Notes: generated by a model not told the origin, from the letters alone. A stretch of 62,587 bases of DNA, filler included, from Asterionella formosa (GCA_002256025.1; 17 parts of 17 records of this genome joined end to end with filler, not necessarily neighbours in it), one strand, 5' to 3'. Numbered from the whole stretch's first letter, positions 49,284-60,892 are shown. Translations and numbers: made by a program.

Positions 49284-50551
49284 ACTACTGACTTGTCAAT
49301 AACTTCATCAATATTGGAGCAATCCATACCTACGAACCACTCAACTCATTGGAAGATAGTACCGAAAAAGATGGTATTCCGTTGATTCACAATGGTTCAA
49401 TGCTACTCATCATTTACATGTCACAGCCCGGATTTTTTCACATACACCCTACATAGTGGTGATTGTTACAACTACTGACTTGTCAATAACTTCATCAATA
49501 TTGGAGCAATCAATACCTAAGAACCACTCAACTCATTGGAAGATAGTACCAATAAGATGGTATTCCGTTGATTCACAATGGATCAATGCTACTCATCATT
49601 TACATGTCACAGCCCGGATTTTTTCATCTACAAACTACACGGTGGTGATTCTTCGTACTATTGATTTGTCAATAACTTCATCAATATTGGAGCGATCCAT
49701 ACCTAAGAACCACTCAACTCATTGGAAGATAGTACCGAATAAGATGGTATTCCGTTGACTCACAATGGATCAATGCTACTCATCATTTACATGTCACAGC
49801 CCGGATTGTTTCACCTACACCCTATACAGTGGTGATTGTTACAACTACTGACTTGTCAATAACTTCATCAATATTGGAGCAATCCATACCTAATAACCAT
49901 CCAACTCATTGGAAGATAGTACCGAATAAGATGGTATTCCGTTGACTCACAATGGAATAATGCTACTCATCATTTACATGTCACAGCCCGGATTTTTTCA
50001 CATACACCCTACACGGTGGTGATTGTTACCACTACTGACTTGTCAATAACTTCATCAATATTGGAGCAATCCATACCTAAGCATAAGAACCACTCCATTG
50101 ATTCACAATGGTTCAATGCTAATAAAAAATCCGGGTTGTGACATGTAAATGATGAGTAGCATTGATCCATTGTGAATCAACGGAATACCATCTTATTCGG
50201 TACTATCTTCCAATGAGTTGAGTGGTTCTTAGGTATGGATTGCTCCAATATTGATGAAGTTATTTACAAATCAATAGTACGAAGAATCACCACCGTGTAG
50301 GGTGTAGGTGAAAAAATCCGGGCTGTGACATGTAAATGATGAGTAGCATTGATCCATTGTGAGTCAACGGAATACCATCTTATTCGGTACTATCTTCCAA
50401 TGAGTTGAGTGGTTCTTAGGTATGGATTGCTCCAATATTGATGAAGTTATTTACAAATCAATAGTACGAAGAATCACCACCGTGTAGGGTGTAGGTGAAA
50501 AAATCCGGGCTGTGACATGTAAATGATGAGTAGCATTGATCCATTGTGAGT
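49284..50551. repeat. ~187-bp satellite with an internal switch of orientation
   Basis: Forward units start at 49284, 49471, 49657, 49844 and 50031. From ~50124 the same unit runs in reverse complement with the same period. Confidence 0.95.
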
Positions 50552-50651
50552 NNNNNNNNNNNNNNNNNNNNNNNNNNNNNNNNNNNNNNNNNNNNTTAAT
50601 TAATTAANNNNNNNNNNNNNNNNNNNNNNNNNNNNNNNNNNNNNNNNNNNN

Positions 50652-51009
50652 CCTGTCTCGTGTTCTCTCTCTTCTACTCTCTATCTTTACAAAGTCTACT
50701 TTAACTATACTCTAATCACTCTTTTAACATACCCCCTTCCAAACTCCTCTTGAGCTTGTCAGGTTAGTTAATTGACTCACACCGCTAGATTCCATTCACT
50801 CTTCCATTTTCAATCTGTTATGAATCACTGTCCTATCATGACGTAGATTCATGTGACTGTCTGTTTGTCTGTGATCGCCTGTCTCGTGTTCTCTCTCTTC
50901 TACTCTCTATCTTTACAAAGTCTACTTTAACTATACTCTAATCACTCTTTTAACATACCCCCCTTCCAAACTCCTCTTGAGTTTTCAGGTTAGTTAATTG
51001 ACTCACACC
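50652..51009 (-). mobile_element. TRIM-like tandem: 140-bp LTR (50816-50955), 86-bp internal region, next LTR (partial, 50652-50729)
   Basis: TGTTA...TAACA termini. On the minus strand each LTR is preceded by the purine tract GAGGAGTTTGGAAGGGGGTA. Period is 226 bp. Confidence 0.65.
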
Positions 51010-51520
51010 ACTCTCCTCCTTCTCCGTTCACAGCAGGGTATGAGCACATGCTGTTTCCTTGAAAGAAACGAAATTGTTGATTGTTAATTCTATCTCACAT
51101 CTAAGCCGCGAAATATGCCACTTTTCGAAATTTGTTCTACGTAGGAGTGTTAGAAGGCATAAATAATAATCAACCACAATCACCACCAATCATCACCAAT
51201 CATCATGACCTAAAAAGCACCTCAAAAAGGAAATTATGTGGTACTTCACATGAGTTAATGCCACTCTTCCTGTAGAAAAGATAATTTTTTTAGAGGATAA
51301 ATCATTGCGAAAGACGACTTCACTACAAATTGTTTAATTGCAATCTGCCCTGAATTGATTGAGAAAAACGGAGCGAAATGGATCTCGAGAAATATCGCGA
51401 CATGATTCATGAGGATGCAAGCAACAACCAACCCTAATGAGGACAAAACAGGTACGGAACGAAACATTTAATATTGAATTTGAAATGCTAAACTAAATAT
51501 CTATTCGAATTAGTGTGTGT

Positions 51521-52558
51521 TATCGACTGCAAATCTTCGGAGTGCTATTGGGCATGAATTGATGGAGAAAATCGAAGCAATGTGGTTGTCAGCAAGTGGG
51601 TGCATGAAGCATATCAACAATCATCCTTACCATCGATATTGTCAGCATCCAATATGAATTCTCTTAGTATCATTCTTTTACATAAACTATATTTCGTATG
51701 AACTCTGAAGAAACAAAATATATGGATAACATACCTGGTGTATTGTGAAAATGTCTGGAATGGCATCGTGATGCTGAGTGTGTTGACCTCAGCTAATGAA
51801 TAGTAGGTATGGTACCTGGGACCAGGTACCGGTATACAAGGCCTACTCAGGGCTACTATGATACATACTTCTTAGGCTGGTAACAGGGGAGTACCTGTTA
51901 CCTGGTACCTTGTACCTTGGGTCTTTTGACGTTGCACTCAGACATACTAACAAATAGCTATACTGTATGGTACCACCAGGTACTCCTGGCTGGTAGGTAC
52001 CAGGTCATCGTTACAAGTGTGAGACTGTAGGTTTGCCCTATCGACTGCAATTCTTCGGAGTGCTATTGGGCATGAATTGATGGAGAAAATCGAAGCAATG
52101 TGGTTGTCAGCAAGTGGGTGCATGAAGCATATCAACAATCATCCTTACCATCGATATTGTCAGCATCCAATATGAATTCTCTTAGTATCATTCTTTTACA
52201 TAAACTATATTTCGTATGAACTCTGAAGAAACAAAATATATGGATAACATACCTGGTGTATTGTGAAAATGTCTGGAATGGCATCGTGATGCTGAGTGTG
52301 TTGACCTCAGCTAATGAATAGTTGGTATGGTACCTGGGACCAGGTACCGGTATACAAGGCCTACTCAGGGCTACTATCATACATACTTCTTAGGCTGGTA
52401 ACAGGGGAGTACCTGTTACCTGGTACCTTGTACCTTGGGTCTTTTGACGTTGCACTCAGACATACTAACAAATAGCTATACTGTATGGTACCACCAGGTA
52501 CTCCTGGCTGGTAGGTACCAGGTCATCGTTACAAGTGTGAGACTGTAGGTTTGCCCTA
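51521..52558. repeat. Near-identical 518-bp tandem repeat (two copies, runs off the contig)
   Basis: Units start at 51521 and 52039 (tatcgactgca..tcttcggagtgc). Each contains a GGTACC cluster. Confidence 0.95.
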
Positions 52559-52658
52559 NNNNNNNNNNNNNNNNNNNNNNNNNNNNNNNNNNNNNNNNNN
52601 NNTTAATTAATTAANNNNNNNNNNNNNNNNNNNNNNNNNNNNNNNNNNNNNNNNNNNN

Positions 52659-54565
52659 TTTGCATTTCTAGGAACATACAATCATAGATAGACCCATGTC
52701 TATCTCACACTTACTGATCATAGGTTTTTAAACATGATCATTCATTTCAAACTATCGGTCTTCCAAAAAAGCTTATATTGTTCGGCTCATTATAGTCGGA
52801 GTAACAAGGTATAATGTGTGGTTGATGAGAGCTTGGTACATCAAAGTTGACTCATTCGAATCGGTTGACTCGTTTGACTCCGAGTCCTAACTACGTAGAT
52901 GAGCTCACTTTAACACTCTCCTTGTTCCAACAATCCATCATCCCGTTTTGGATCGCGTATCTGTGCATGTTCATAATCTTGTCCGTGACATTTTTAGTTA
53001 GAACATCTGCTGGATTCTTTTCCATATTGACGTAGTCAACCTTAATCGTCCCGTTTTCGACTTGTTCTCATACATAGTGGTATCTGATGTCGATGTGTTT
53101 TGTACGTGCCCCGACCTGATGATTTTTCGTTAAATAAATCGCACCGGTATTGTCCTCACCCATTAGACTAGGCATCACGATGGTGGTTATTTCGCCCAGT
53201 AGATTCGTTGCGAAGACAGTTTCCTTTGAGCCGTTACTGAGTGCGACATATTCACACTCGGTGCTTGATTGCGTTACGATGTCCTGTCCTTTTGATATCC
53301 AGTGAATTAGGGCGCACTCTCCGATCGTGCCTAAATAACCGCTGACACTTTTTCGTGTATCAGGATTAGAGGCGAAGGCGCTGTCCACGACATCTTGAAT
53401 ACGTAGCTCGTTGGGAGCACGTAGTTTCATTCTGCATGCAATGTCCCCATGTAGACACAAATACCCGAGTAGGCGTTCCAATCCTTGCCAGTGCGTTTCC
53501 CCTGGGTTGTCGAGGTGCTGTGACAATTCACGACATGCAATGGCGCATACTGGCGATATTTTCTTCACGAAGTAAAGTATCTTTCCAACGAGGGAGCGAT
53601 ATTCCTTATTCTTGATCGTCTCTCCTCGGTTCTTACTTAGGACCGTTCCCGGGAATCCCGGCGTTGAGGCTTTCTTTAGTTCCTTTCCAAATATAGTCGT
53701 GTAGTCATTAATCATATCTTTGACAAAGTCCTCCATTTCGGACTGTAGATAGCGTCCTTTCTCGTCTTCGCCCCATTCGTACCATACTCCTAGATGCTTG
53801 CGTAGCTGGCCAAGCTCTTTAACGTTGAAGTATTGTTTCAGTGCCAACTTGAACTTGTTGACGTCGGCTTGGGTGCCGGTTACTGCGAGGTCATCGACGT
53901 AGGTGCATAGCAGTAGGGTAAGGATGCCTTCTCGTTTTTCGTAGAACACGCAGGGGTCGACACGGCTTTGCTTGAGTCCCATATCAAGTAGGCAGTCTCG
54001 GAGTTTCTTGAACCATTGCCGTGCAGCTTGTACCGTGCCGTACATTGCCTTATCCAGTCGGATACAGTTGTCAGTCATAGTCGTTTCGTTTTCGTAGTGG
54101 AAGTCAGCGATTCCATCTGGCCATTCGATGTAAATTTCTTCGTCGAGGTCGGCTTCGAGGAATGCCGCTTCGATGTCCACAATTTCACATAAAAAATCTT
54201 TCCTGTGTAGGGTAATTGTAAACACAATACGTAGGCCAGTATCCGTGACAACAGGTGCGAATGAATCTGTGAAGTCGACACCTGGTATCTGCACGTAGCC
54301 TTTTACCACAATACGGGCGGCCCTTGTAGCGCGTAGTGTTGTCGTGCTCGTTCTTTTTTTTAAATACCCATTTTGCTCCAAGTGGCTTTCGTCCATTTAG
54401 ATTCTTACGAGGATGTAGTTTCCACACTTTGCGGGAGAAGAAGTTTTCAATCTCTGCTTTGATTGCCTTGGTCCATTCGTCTTTTTCGTTACTTAATAGT
54501 GCCTGCTTGTAGCTCTTGGGTTCCAGTGGGTCAGAAGCTAGGCTCGTTGAGTGTGCTTCCTCACT
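52659..54565 (-). mobile_element. Ty1/copia RT-RNase H with frameshift and premature stop, followed by PPT and the start of the 3' LTR (~52915)
   Basis: VVKGYVQIPGVDF, DIEAAFL, KAMYGTVQAAR, YVDD, SSTECEYVA, EDNTGAI, TKHIDIRYH. Frameshift near 54340 and TGA at 53068. GGAACAAGGAGAG is followed by TGTTAAAG. Confidence 0.95.
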
Positions 54566-55466
54566 NNNNNNNNNNNNNNNNNNNNNNNNNNNNNNNNNNN
54601 NNNNNNNNNTTAATTAATTAANNNNNNNNNNNNNNNNNNNNNNNNNNNNNNNNNNNNNNNNNNNNCCTCGCATTTTTTCGCTGCAGTCGTTGCATCGCTC
54701 ATCATTCTTATACTCCCATTGTATCTTGTCATGTAATAGGAGCGACCGAAGGGGCTCTCGAGGTCAATACTGTCTTGAATGAACTTTGTCTCTCTAGTAA
54801 TTCAATTGGTAATAAATCAGACATGATGCCTTGCAGACAGTGATGACTGAATACATTGTACTGTACCAGTTGTATGTCCGCGTCTTCGTCTACAGGTAGC
54901 AGTATGCTGTCTGTCATCAATCCAAATATTCAAGGAGTACTGTCACATGCAAAACGTATTAGGCGCTGTAATTTGATGATACAGAGTGCATTTGCGCTCT
55001 TTCAACAATCACTCATCAACATTCACTACTATATAGGTATGCCGGATCAAATATCTTTTATATTTCTGACGAGCAATTTTGGACAAGGTAATTCCAGAGC
55101 TGAATGACTATAATGCTAACTCTTCGTTCATTCTCCGGCTCGATGCGCAGTTGTATGGAAAAATGCAGTTGAATCATTGGATGCATCGAATCGGTTTCTG
55201 GCACCAAGTTATCGGAACTCGCACGGCGTTTTGTTGAGGGATACATGCACCAAGTTATTGGAATTCTCGTATCGAGCAAACAGCCTTTAACGATCTGACA
55301 ACAGGAACGTAGTAGTTGTGTGGAAGTAAGTTTGTAGTTTGCGACCGTGATCATTGCGAACGACATTAAGATCCAACAAAAAAAACGCAAAGGCGAGCGA
55401 GTGCTTCCAGTTCTAGCTCTTATTTTCAATCGAAAGAAAGCTTTACTACAAAGGGAATTCGAATGT

Positions 55467-55534
55467 GAAAAAATCACTTGAATGGGCTTTTTGAAATTCG
55501 GAAAAAATCACTTGAATGGGTTTCCTGAAATTCG
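55467..55534. repeat. 34-bp tandem duplication
   Basis: gaaaaaatcacttgaatggg....tgaaattcg occurs twice. Confidence 0.85.
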
Positions 55535-55599
55535 GGTCGCGATGCATGATTCAATGGTTCCATGCCAAAGGCGGTTTCTCAACGCTTGTGACTACCGGT

Positions 55600-55925
55600 A
55601 CTGATGCTATTTGAAAGTTACTTATGTATCTAAATCGCCGTCAGACCCAGCCAACGTTTAGCTATCGTCGTCCAAAAACTCGACAAAATCGGCCTTTTCT
55701 ACGGTCGCCAAAATATCGGAATCAGAATTATTAAGTGCTGAAACGTCATCATCGGAATGGCAGTCGTGTGCCGGAAATTTTAGTCCTAAAATCTCCTGTC
55801 CGAAAACTTCCATTGTAAGTGCCCGCTTCCACATATATAATATGATTGGTGAGCATGAAGTACATTCCTCTGTTTGATTGGCCTGGTTTGCGAGGTCGTG
55901 CAAACCCACGCTGGCCACATTGGAT
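55600..55925 (-). repeat. Dispersed hairpin-bearing repeat family, copy D (5' half, lacks the long stem)
   Basis: The reverse complement aligns with 59450-59700 and 10310-10620; translates to SDSDILATVEKADFVEFLDDDS. Confidence 0.8.
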
Positions 55926-56671
55926 TAACATGTAACATTTTCTTGGGTGTACTGACAGTCCGGTGCTACGGTATATTCACGACGGGTACCAGTAGATGAT
56001 CATCATTGGACATACCGTTACGCGTACCGCTCCTTGGGTTCACTTTCAAATATTTGCCGAGCCGCCAGGTCGTATACATGATACATGGTCGTCGATCGGA
56101 GAACCGATTGTAGAACCAGGGATATGCACATTAAGCGATCTAAAATCTGAATATATATAGGAACGGATTCAATGCATAGCATATAAAATCGTTAATCGGA
56201 GTATAGAGTGTCTATGCATATATGTCAATCGTATTTTTAGGGTATATATACATACAGCGACAAGGGTGTTTATATATATATATTTAGCGATTTCGACAAG
56301 GAATATATGTACGTAATCGCAAATTTCCAACTGATTAAAATTGCTTATTCTGTACGTTTAACACAATATTCAATCAGAATTATGAACGACGATAGCAAGG
56401 ATATCAAGAAAGGCAGCCAAAGTGATCACGTAAGTGCACACAAGCCTTCTCCCACTGCCCAAAAGAAGGGTATTGATGCCAGCTTGCCTTTTGCAGATGA
56501 AGCAAAGGAGGAAGAACGAGCACGGGACTCTGACTCTTCACATGGAGAAGTCCAGCATGTTGTGAAGGAACNNNNNNNNNNNNNNNNNNNNNNNNNNNNN
56601 NNNNNNNNNNNNNNNTTAATTAATTAANNNNNNNNNNNNNNNNNNNNNNNNNNNNNNNNNNNNNNNNNNNN

Positions 56672-57155
56672 TGTGCGCAGGATGCGCAGCAGCCAAGGCG
56701 AAAGCACGCGCAGTACCCAAGATGACGCAAGAGAAGGCTACGACACCAGGAGAAAGACTGTTTATTGATATTAGCGGACCCTACGCAAAATCCGCTGTGG
56801 GAAATCAGTATCGGGTGATGGCCGTGGACGATTATACAAGGAAACGCTGGAGTTATTTTATTAAGAAGAAAAGTGACATCGGAACTGTCATTGGAGCGTT
56901 ACTCACAAAACTTGCAGGTGCGGGACATAAGACTAAATTTGTCCGATGTGATGACGCAGGTGAGAACTCCAAGCAACTAGAGAAAATGTTCAAACCAGTC
57001 ACCAACCAACAGGATACGGAGATATCAATACGAGAAGATAATGAAGAGTTACATGACGATTTTTACGACGAGTTCGAACCTCGAGAAGTGTCCGATAATG
57101 AAGATGAAGATGATGACAAGCAAGAATTGGGGAGGAAAACTGAACAATCAACTAA
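56672..57155 (+). mobile_element. Ty1/copia integrase fragment with an internal in-frame deletion, ending at the Harbinger insertion
   Basis: CAGCAAAKAKARAVPK...FIDISGP...RCDDAGENSKQLEK, then a jump to the acidic linker LHDDFYDE. Confidence 0.92.
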
Positions 57156-58577
57156 GGGCCGTTCTTATCATTCTGTTATTTGTTGTCATTGGTGTATCAT
57201 CGCCGAAATATGATACAAAAATGGCGGTTTGGTTTTTTTTTGTGTATCACCAACGGTTTTTTTGGTCTGATCACCGGTGTATCATGGGTGTATCACTGAT
57301 ACAGTTTTTGGACCCCTGACCAATGCTGTATCACTGATCAAGCCGTTGATCACTGTGTATCACGTCCGTTGCCACTGATAAAATAACTGTAAATACGCAA
57401 GCACAACACTATTAAATATTGCGCCAACTATTTTTTGTTATATATATACTACGGTACTCTGTATACATTACCTTTCAGCTTCGTGAGTCATACAAGAATC
57501 AGTAGTCCGCTCATCTCTATACCAATCTTCCGACATCGACTATATCTCGATTAATTGGCGCAATGAGCAGCAAAGTAGTGGGTACGGCTGAAACTTCTGA
57601 TGCTAAAGGGAACAAGCATTACATCAGACAATGTGTAAGCTGCATCGCCGACCAGATAAAAACCTGTGTTGAATGCTGCAACTTGATCGAAAATGGAAGT
57701 TTTTTCAAAAGCTACTTGGTCACTGCATTTTCCCGGTGCAATTACACCAAAATAAATAAATCTTGAGTCAGCATCACAAACAGCCTGGACATTGATTCCA
57801 TAAGTCATGTAGTGACCGGAAAAAAATGAACCAGGGTTGTTGCCACTTTCAACTATAGTCGGGCGGTTGATGGTGGCAAGGAAGCCGTCAATAGCACCAA
57901 CACATCCTCTCATCATGCCCTCTGAGCTTTTGCATTCAAAGCTGGAAGCCAATTTGATAAATTCTTCTTATTCTTTTGGAAAAATAATTTCGAGTTCTTC
58001 ACAGTTTAGTACAGCATCAATGAACAAATCACGACATCGATAAAGTGAAGCAATGCTACAACCGTAGGCATGACGAATGTCGATGTAACTGCCACCAGCC
58101 AGCCATCGCAAACCAATGGCTACCACAATTTCGGGAATTATGGGCTCAGAAGTGCCACATTTGGAATAATTCCCTGCAATCTGAATTTCCAGCATGGAGG
58201 TGAGTTTTTTGAATGCTCTGTGTGACATTCTGTATGTCTTCTCGAAAGCAATCTCGTGATTGAGTTTCTCGACATGTGATTGCCAGGAGATTCTTTCGTG
58301 GTGCCACTTGTGCCTTCGTTGTCGTCGTCGTTCAGATGACTGAAGCTGCCGTTTACAGCGTCGCCTTTGTCGTTTGGATGAGTGTTCTTTTTCCTCTGCT
58401 TCCTTAGCTAAATGACAGAGGAAGAAGAAATCAAGATCACTACTGTCATCGTCATTATCATCAAGTAAATCAAATGGCGACGACATGATTCATGCAAATG
58501 TGTGTTTTTAATATTATATTTAGTTTCCCGGTAATTATATTTTGTTGTTGCTTGATATCAAGACCATCATTATATTC
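57156..58577 (-). mobile_element. PIF/Harbinger transposon, copy 2: defective transposase 58486->~57605 plus 3' terminus
   Basis: Near-identical to copy 1. Premature TAA at 57968-57970 and truncation after LVGDAAY...LVPF. TIR GGGCCGTTCTTATCATT starts at 57156 after TAA. Multiple TGTATCA subterminal motifs. Confidence 0.92.
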
Positions 58578-59087
58578 NNNNNNNNNNNNNNNNNNNNNNN
58601 NNNNNNNNNNNNNNNNNNNNNTTAATTAATTAANNNNNNNNNNNNNNNNNNNNNNNNNNNNNNNNNNNNNNNNNNNNCTCTGGTTTTCATGTTCTTCCTC
58701 GTACCACTTGTACTAACGAGCCCGCTACCATGATGAAATATATGGCGCTACTCTAGCGCGCTCCAGTACCGCCCTGGAATGACCGGTCAAGATCTTTCTC
58801 ACGCAAGAAGTCATTTCAAGGAAAATGAGAAAGCCAGTGTGATACATTCCTGTTGCGATTTCGCACCATGATGCCTTTTCAAGAATAAATAATTTTTTCA
58901 TTCAGAATGAACGGAACCTTTTTGTCTTGCATTGTCCTTACAGACGTCTCACGATGCCTGCCTTCTCAAGACTGAAGATGACATTCTGAAAGAAATGCTT
59001 TGTTTGATTGCACATCGAGATTTGTTTCCCATGTAATGTGAAATACCGGCAGTTAAATTAGAAATCAACATATTTGATTGTACTTTT

Positions 59088-59232
59088 AAATTACGTAAAC
59101 AAATTTAATACATTACGTGAACTAAAGTATAGAATAACGTGAAAAAATTATAAGGCAATGTGAACTAAATTACAGAATTAAGTGAAGTATTTCAAATAAT
59201 TACGTGAAGTATTTCAAATAATTATGTGAAGG
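59088..59232. repeat. Degenerate ~22-bp tandem repeat with a TTACGTGAA core
   Basis: About seven regularly spaced variants (ttacgtaaa, ttacgtgaa, taacgtgaa, caatgtgaa, ttaagtgaa, ttacgtgaa, ttatgtgaa). Confidence 0.7.
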
Positions 59233-59449
59233 TGATCACGTGATATAGTGATGATCAGGAATGCATGCATGATACTCTGATCAAATAATTACCGTGATGT
59301 ATTCAGATAATATAAAGATATATTCAAGTAAGCATTTTGATGTATTCAACTAATTCATGTGATCCATTCAAAATCAACTAGGCTTATTTACTTGATGGTC
59401 TCTTCATGTAATACGCGGCTTAGATAAAATATCGGTAAGTATTTGAACT

Positions 59450-60056
59450 TGACCAATCAAAATATTTATAGTGAAGCGGACACTTGCAATGGAACTTTTT
59501 GTACAGAAGATTGTAGGACGAAAAATTGAATCACAAGACTTCAATTCTGATGATGACATTTTGTTGATTAGTGATCATGATTCCGACATTTTGGACACCG
59601 TTGAAAAGGCCAATATTGTCGAATTTTTGGGGGACGATAGCTCAACGATGGCTGGGTTTGAAAAAGAGTTGCTTAAGTACACAGGTATTCTTCATATAGC
59701 CCCAGAAGTTAATTTTCGGCGAGAAAGTGCAGAAAGGAACTTCGGTTTTCTAACTAAACGAGTTGGCCTGGTAAAATCCACTATTTTCAGCATAGTTTCA
59801 AAACCGATGTTCATTTCTGCACTTTCTCGACAGATCCTATATCCTGATGATATATAGCATTGACATATACCCCGGCTTTGTCAGAAGACTGTATCTAAGT
59901 ATATGGAAAGGGTGTATATTGGTGAATGCTCCGTTTAGCGATGTACATTTATGTGTTACTTGTACGAAATGTTTGTTTGAGTACTCTGACTCAATATTTT
60001 TTTAAGAACCCTACCTCTAATCTAGGGTTGAAATGCCAGAACCTTACTTAAGGTTG
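59450..60056 (+). repeat. Dispersed hairpin-bearing repeat family, copy B
   Basis: Stem 59720-59749 pairs with 59800-59829 (28/30 pairs). Terminal mini-hairpins aacccta/tagggtt and aacctta/taaggtt. Carries a 128-codon open frame. Confidence 0.85.
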
Positions 60057-60308
60057 TGGCCCAGCTTAAACCTAGCTTGTAGAAAACACTGCTAGTGTTG
60101 TAAAAATAGGAAGAAAAAGGAGTTTGCTTCTATGAATTCCCATGATTTGAGTGTCGATTAGAATATTTGAATTAAATAGGAATCGGTGCCAGATTGATAG
60201 AGTTCCATTCAAAAAAATTGATATATTTCGGAGGAAAACAGACCTCGCAATGTGTAGCTGTGGGGCCGCAGCCTTGCCGGTAGCTAAAACTCTTGCTCAT
60301 TATCTATT

Positions 60309-60497
60309 GGTTACCTGGTTACCTGGTTACCTGGTTACCTGGTTACCTGGTTACCTGGTTACCTGGTTACCTGTACCAGGTACCTTGTACCTTGTACCTT
60401 GTACCCTGGTACCCTGGTACCCTGGTACCCTGGTACCCTGGTACCCTGGTACCTTGTACCTTGTACCTTGTATTAGGTACCTGGTACCTGGTACCAG
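60309..60497. repeat. Compound microsatellite: (GGTTACCT)8, then (TGTACCT)n and (TGGTACCC)n
   Basis: Directly visible tandem 7-8-mers. Confidence 0.97.
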
Positions 60498-60892
60498 GGG
60501 TACTACCAACTGAAAGTAGAGTAAACTTGTCTACCGGTAATGTATCTTAGGTCTAGGGTCGTGGCAAAAGAATAAATATATANNNNNNNNNNNNNNNNNN
60601 NNNNNNNNNNNNNNNNNNNNNNNNNNTTAATTAATTAANNNNNNNNNNNNNNNNNNNNNNNNNNNNNNNNNNNNNNNNNNNNGGATGGAAATGACGAGCC
60701 AAATTACATTACTTGAACTGGTACATTATCCTACCAAGAAATTCGAATACAGGAATCAAATAGAAACAATACATATAATAATTAAATATATGTAGTCAAA
60801 AGGGTTACTATTTAAATTACGAGGGCATTTATCACAATTATTAGATGATATAACGAAAAATTATGATCAGATGATCATAATCCTATGATGCA

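Larger units (their letters stand above)
30454..60682. other. Sixteen artificial 100-bp contig spacers (N44-TTAATTAATTAA-N44)
   Basis: The identical 12-mer, with stops in all six frames, starts at 30498, 32510, 34521, 36533, 38545, 40556, 42566, 44574, 46582, 48589, 50596, 52603, 54610, 56616, 58622 and 60627. Contigs are 1905-1912 bp in roughly descending size. Confidence 0.98.

Noticed and set aside
49284..50551. CRISPR array
   Set aside because: The whole 187-bp unit repeats with no unique spacers, there are no cas genes, and the context is eukaryotic.
56382..56571. Possible gene start at a contig end
   Set aside because: A short low-complexity hydrophilic peptide with no identifiable motif.
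60309..60372. Telomeric repeat
   Set aside because: It is internal, grades into other variants, is near-palindromic, and lacks the G-strand bias of TTAGGG-type telomeres.
60151..60550. ORFs with LVTWLPGY/LVPWYPGT peptide repeats (also 5030-5571 and 33508-33729)
   Set aside because: These are translations of stop-poor GGTACC-type simple repeats, open in several frames.
30454..60682. TTAATTAATTAA recurring every ~2 kb as a biological repeat or array
   Set aside because: It is always centred in an identical 100-bp N spacer and has stops in all six frames, so it is an assembly linker. ORFs ending in ...XLIN are artefacts.
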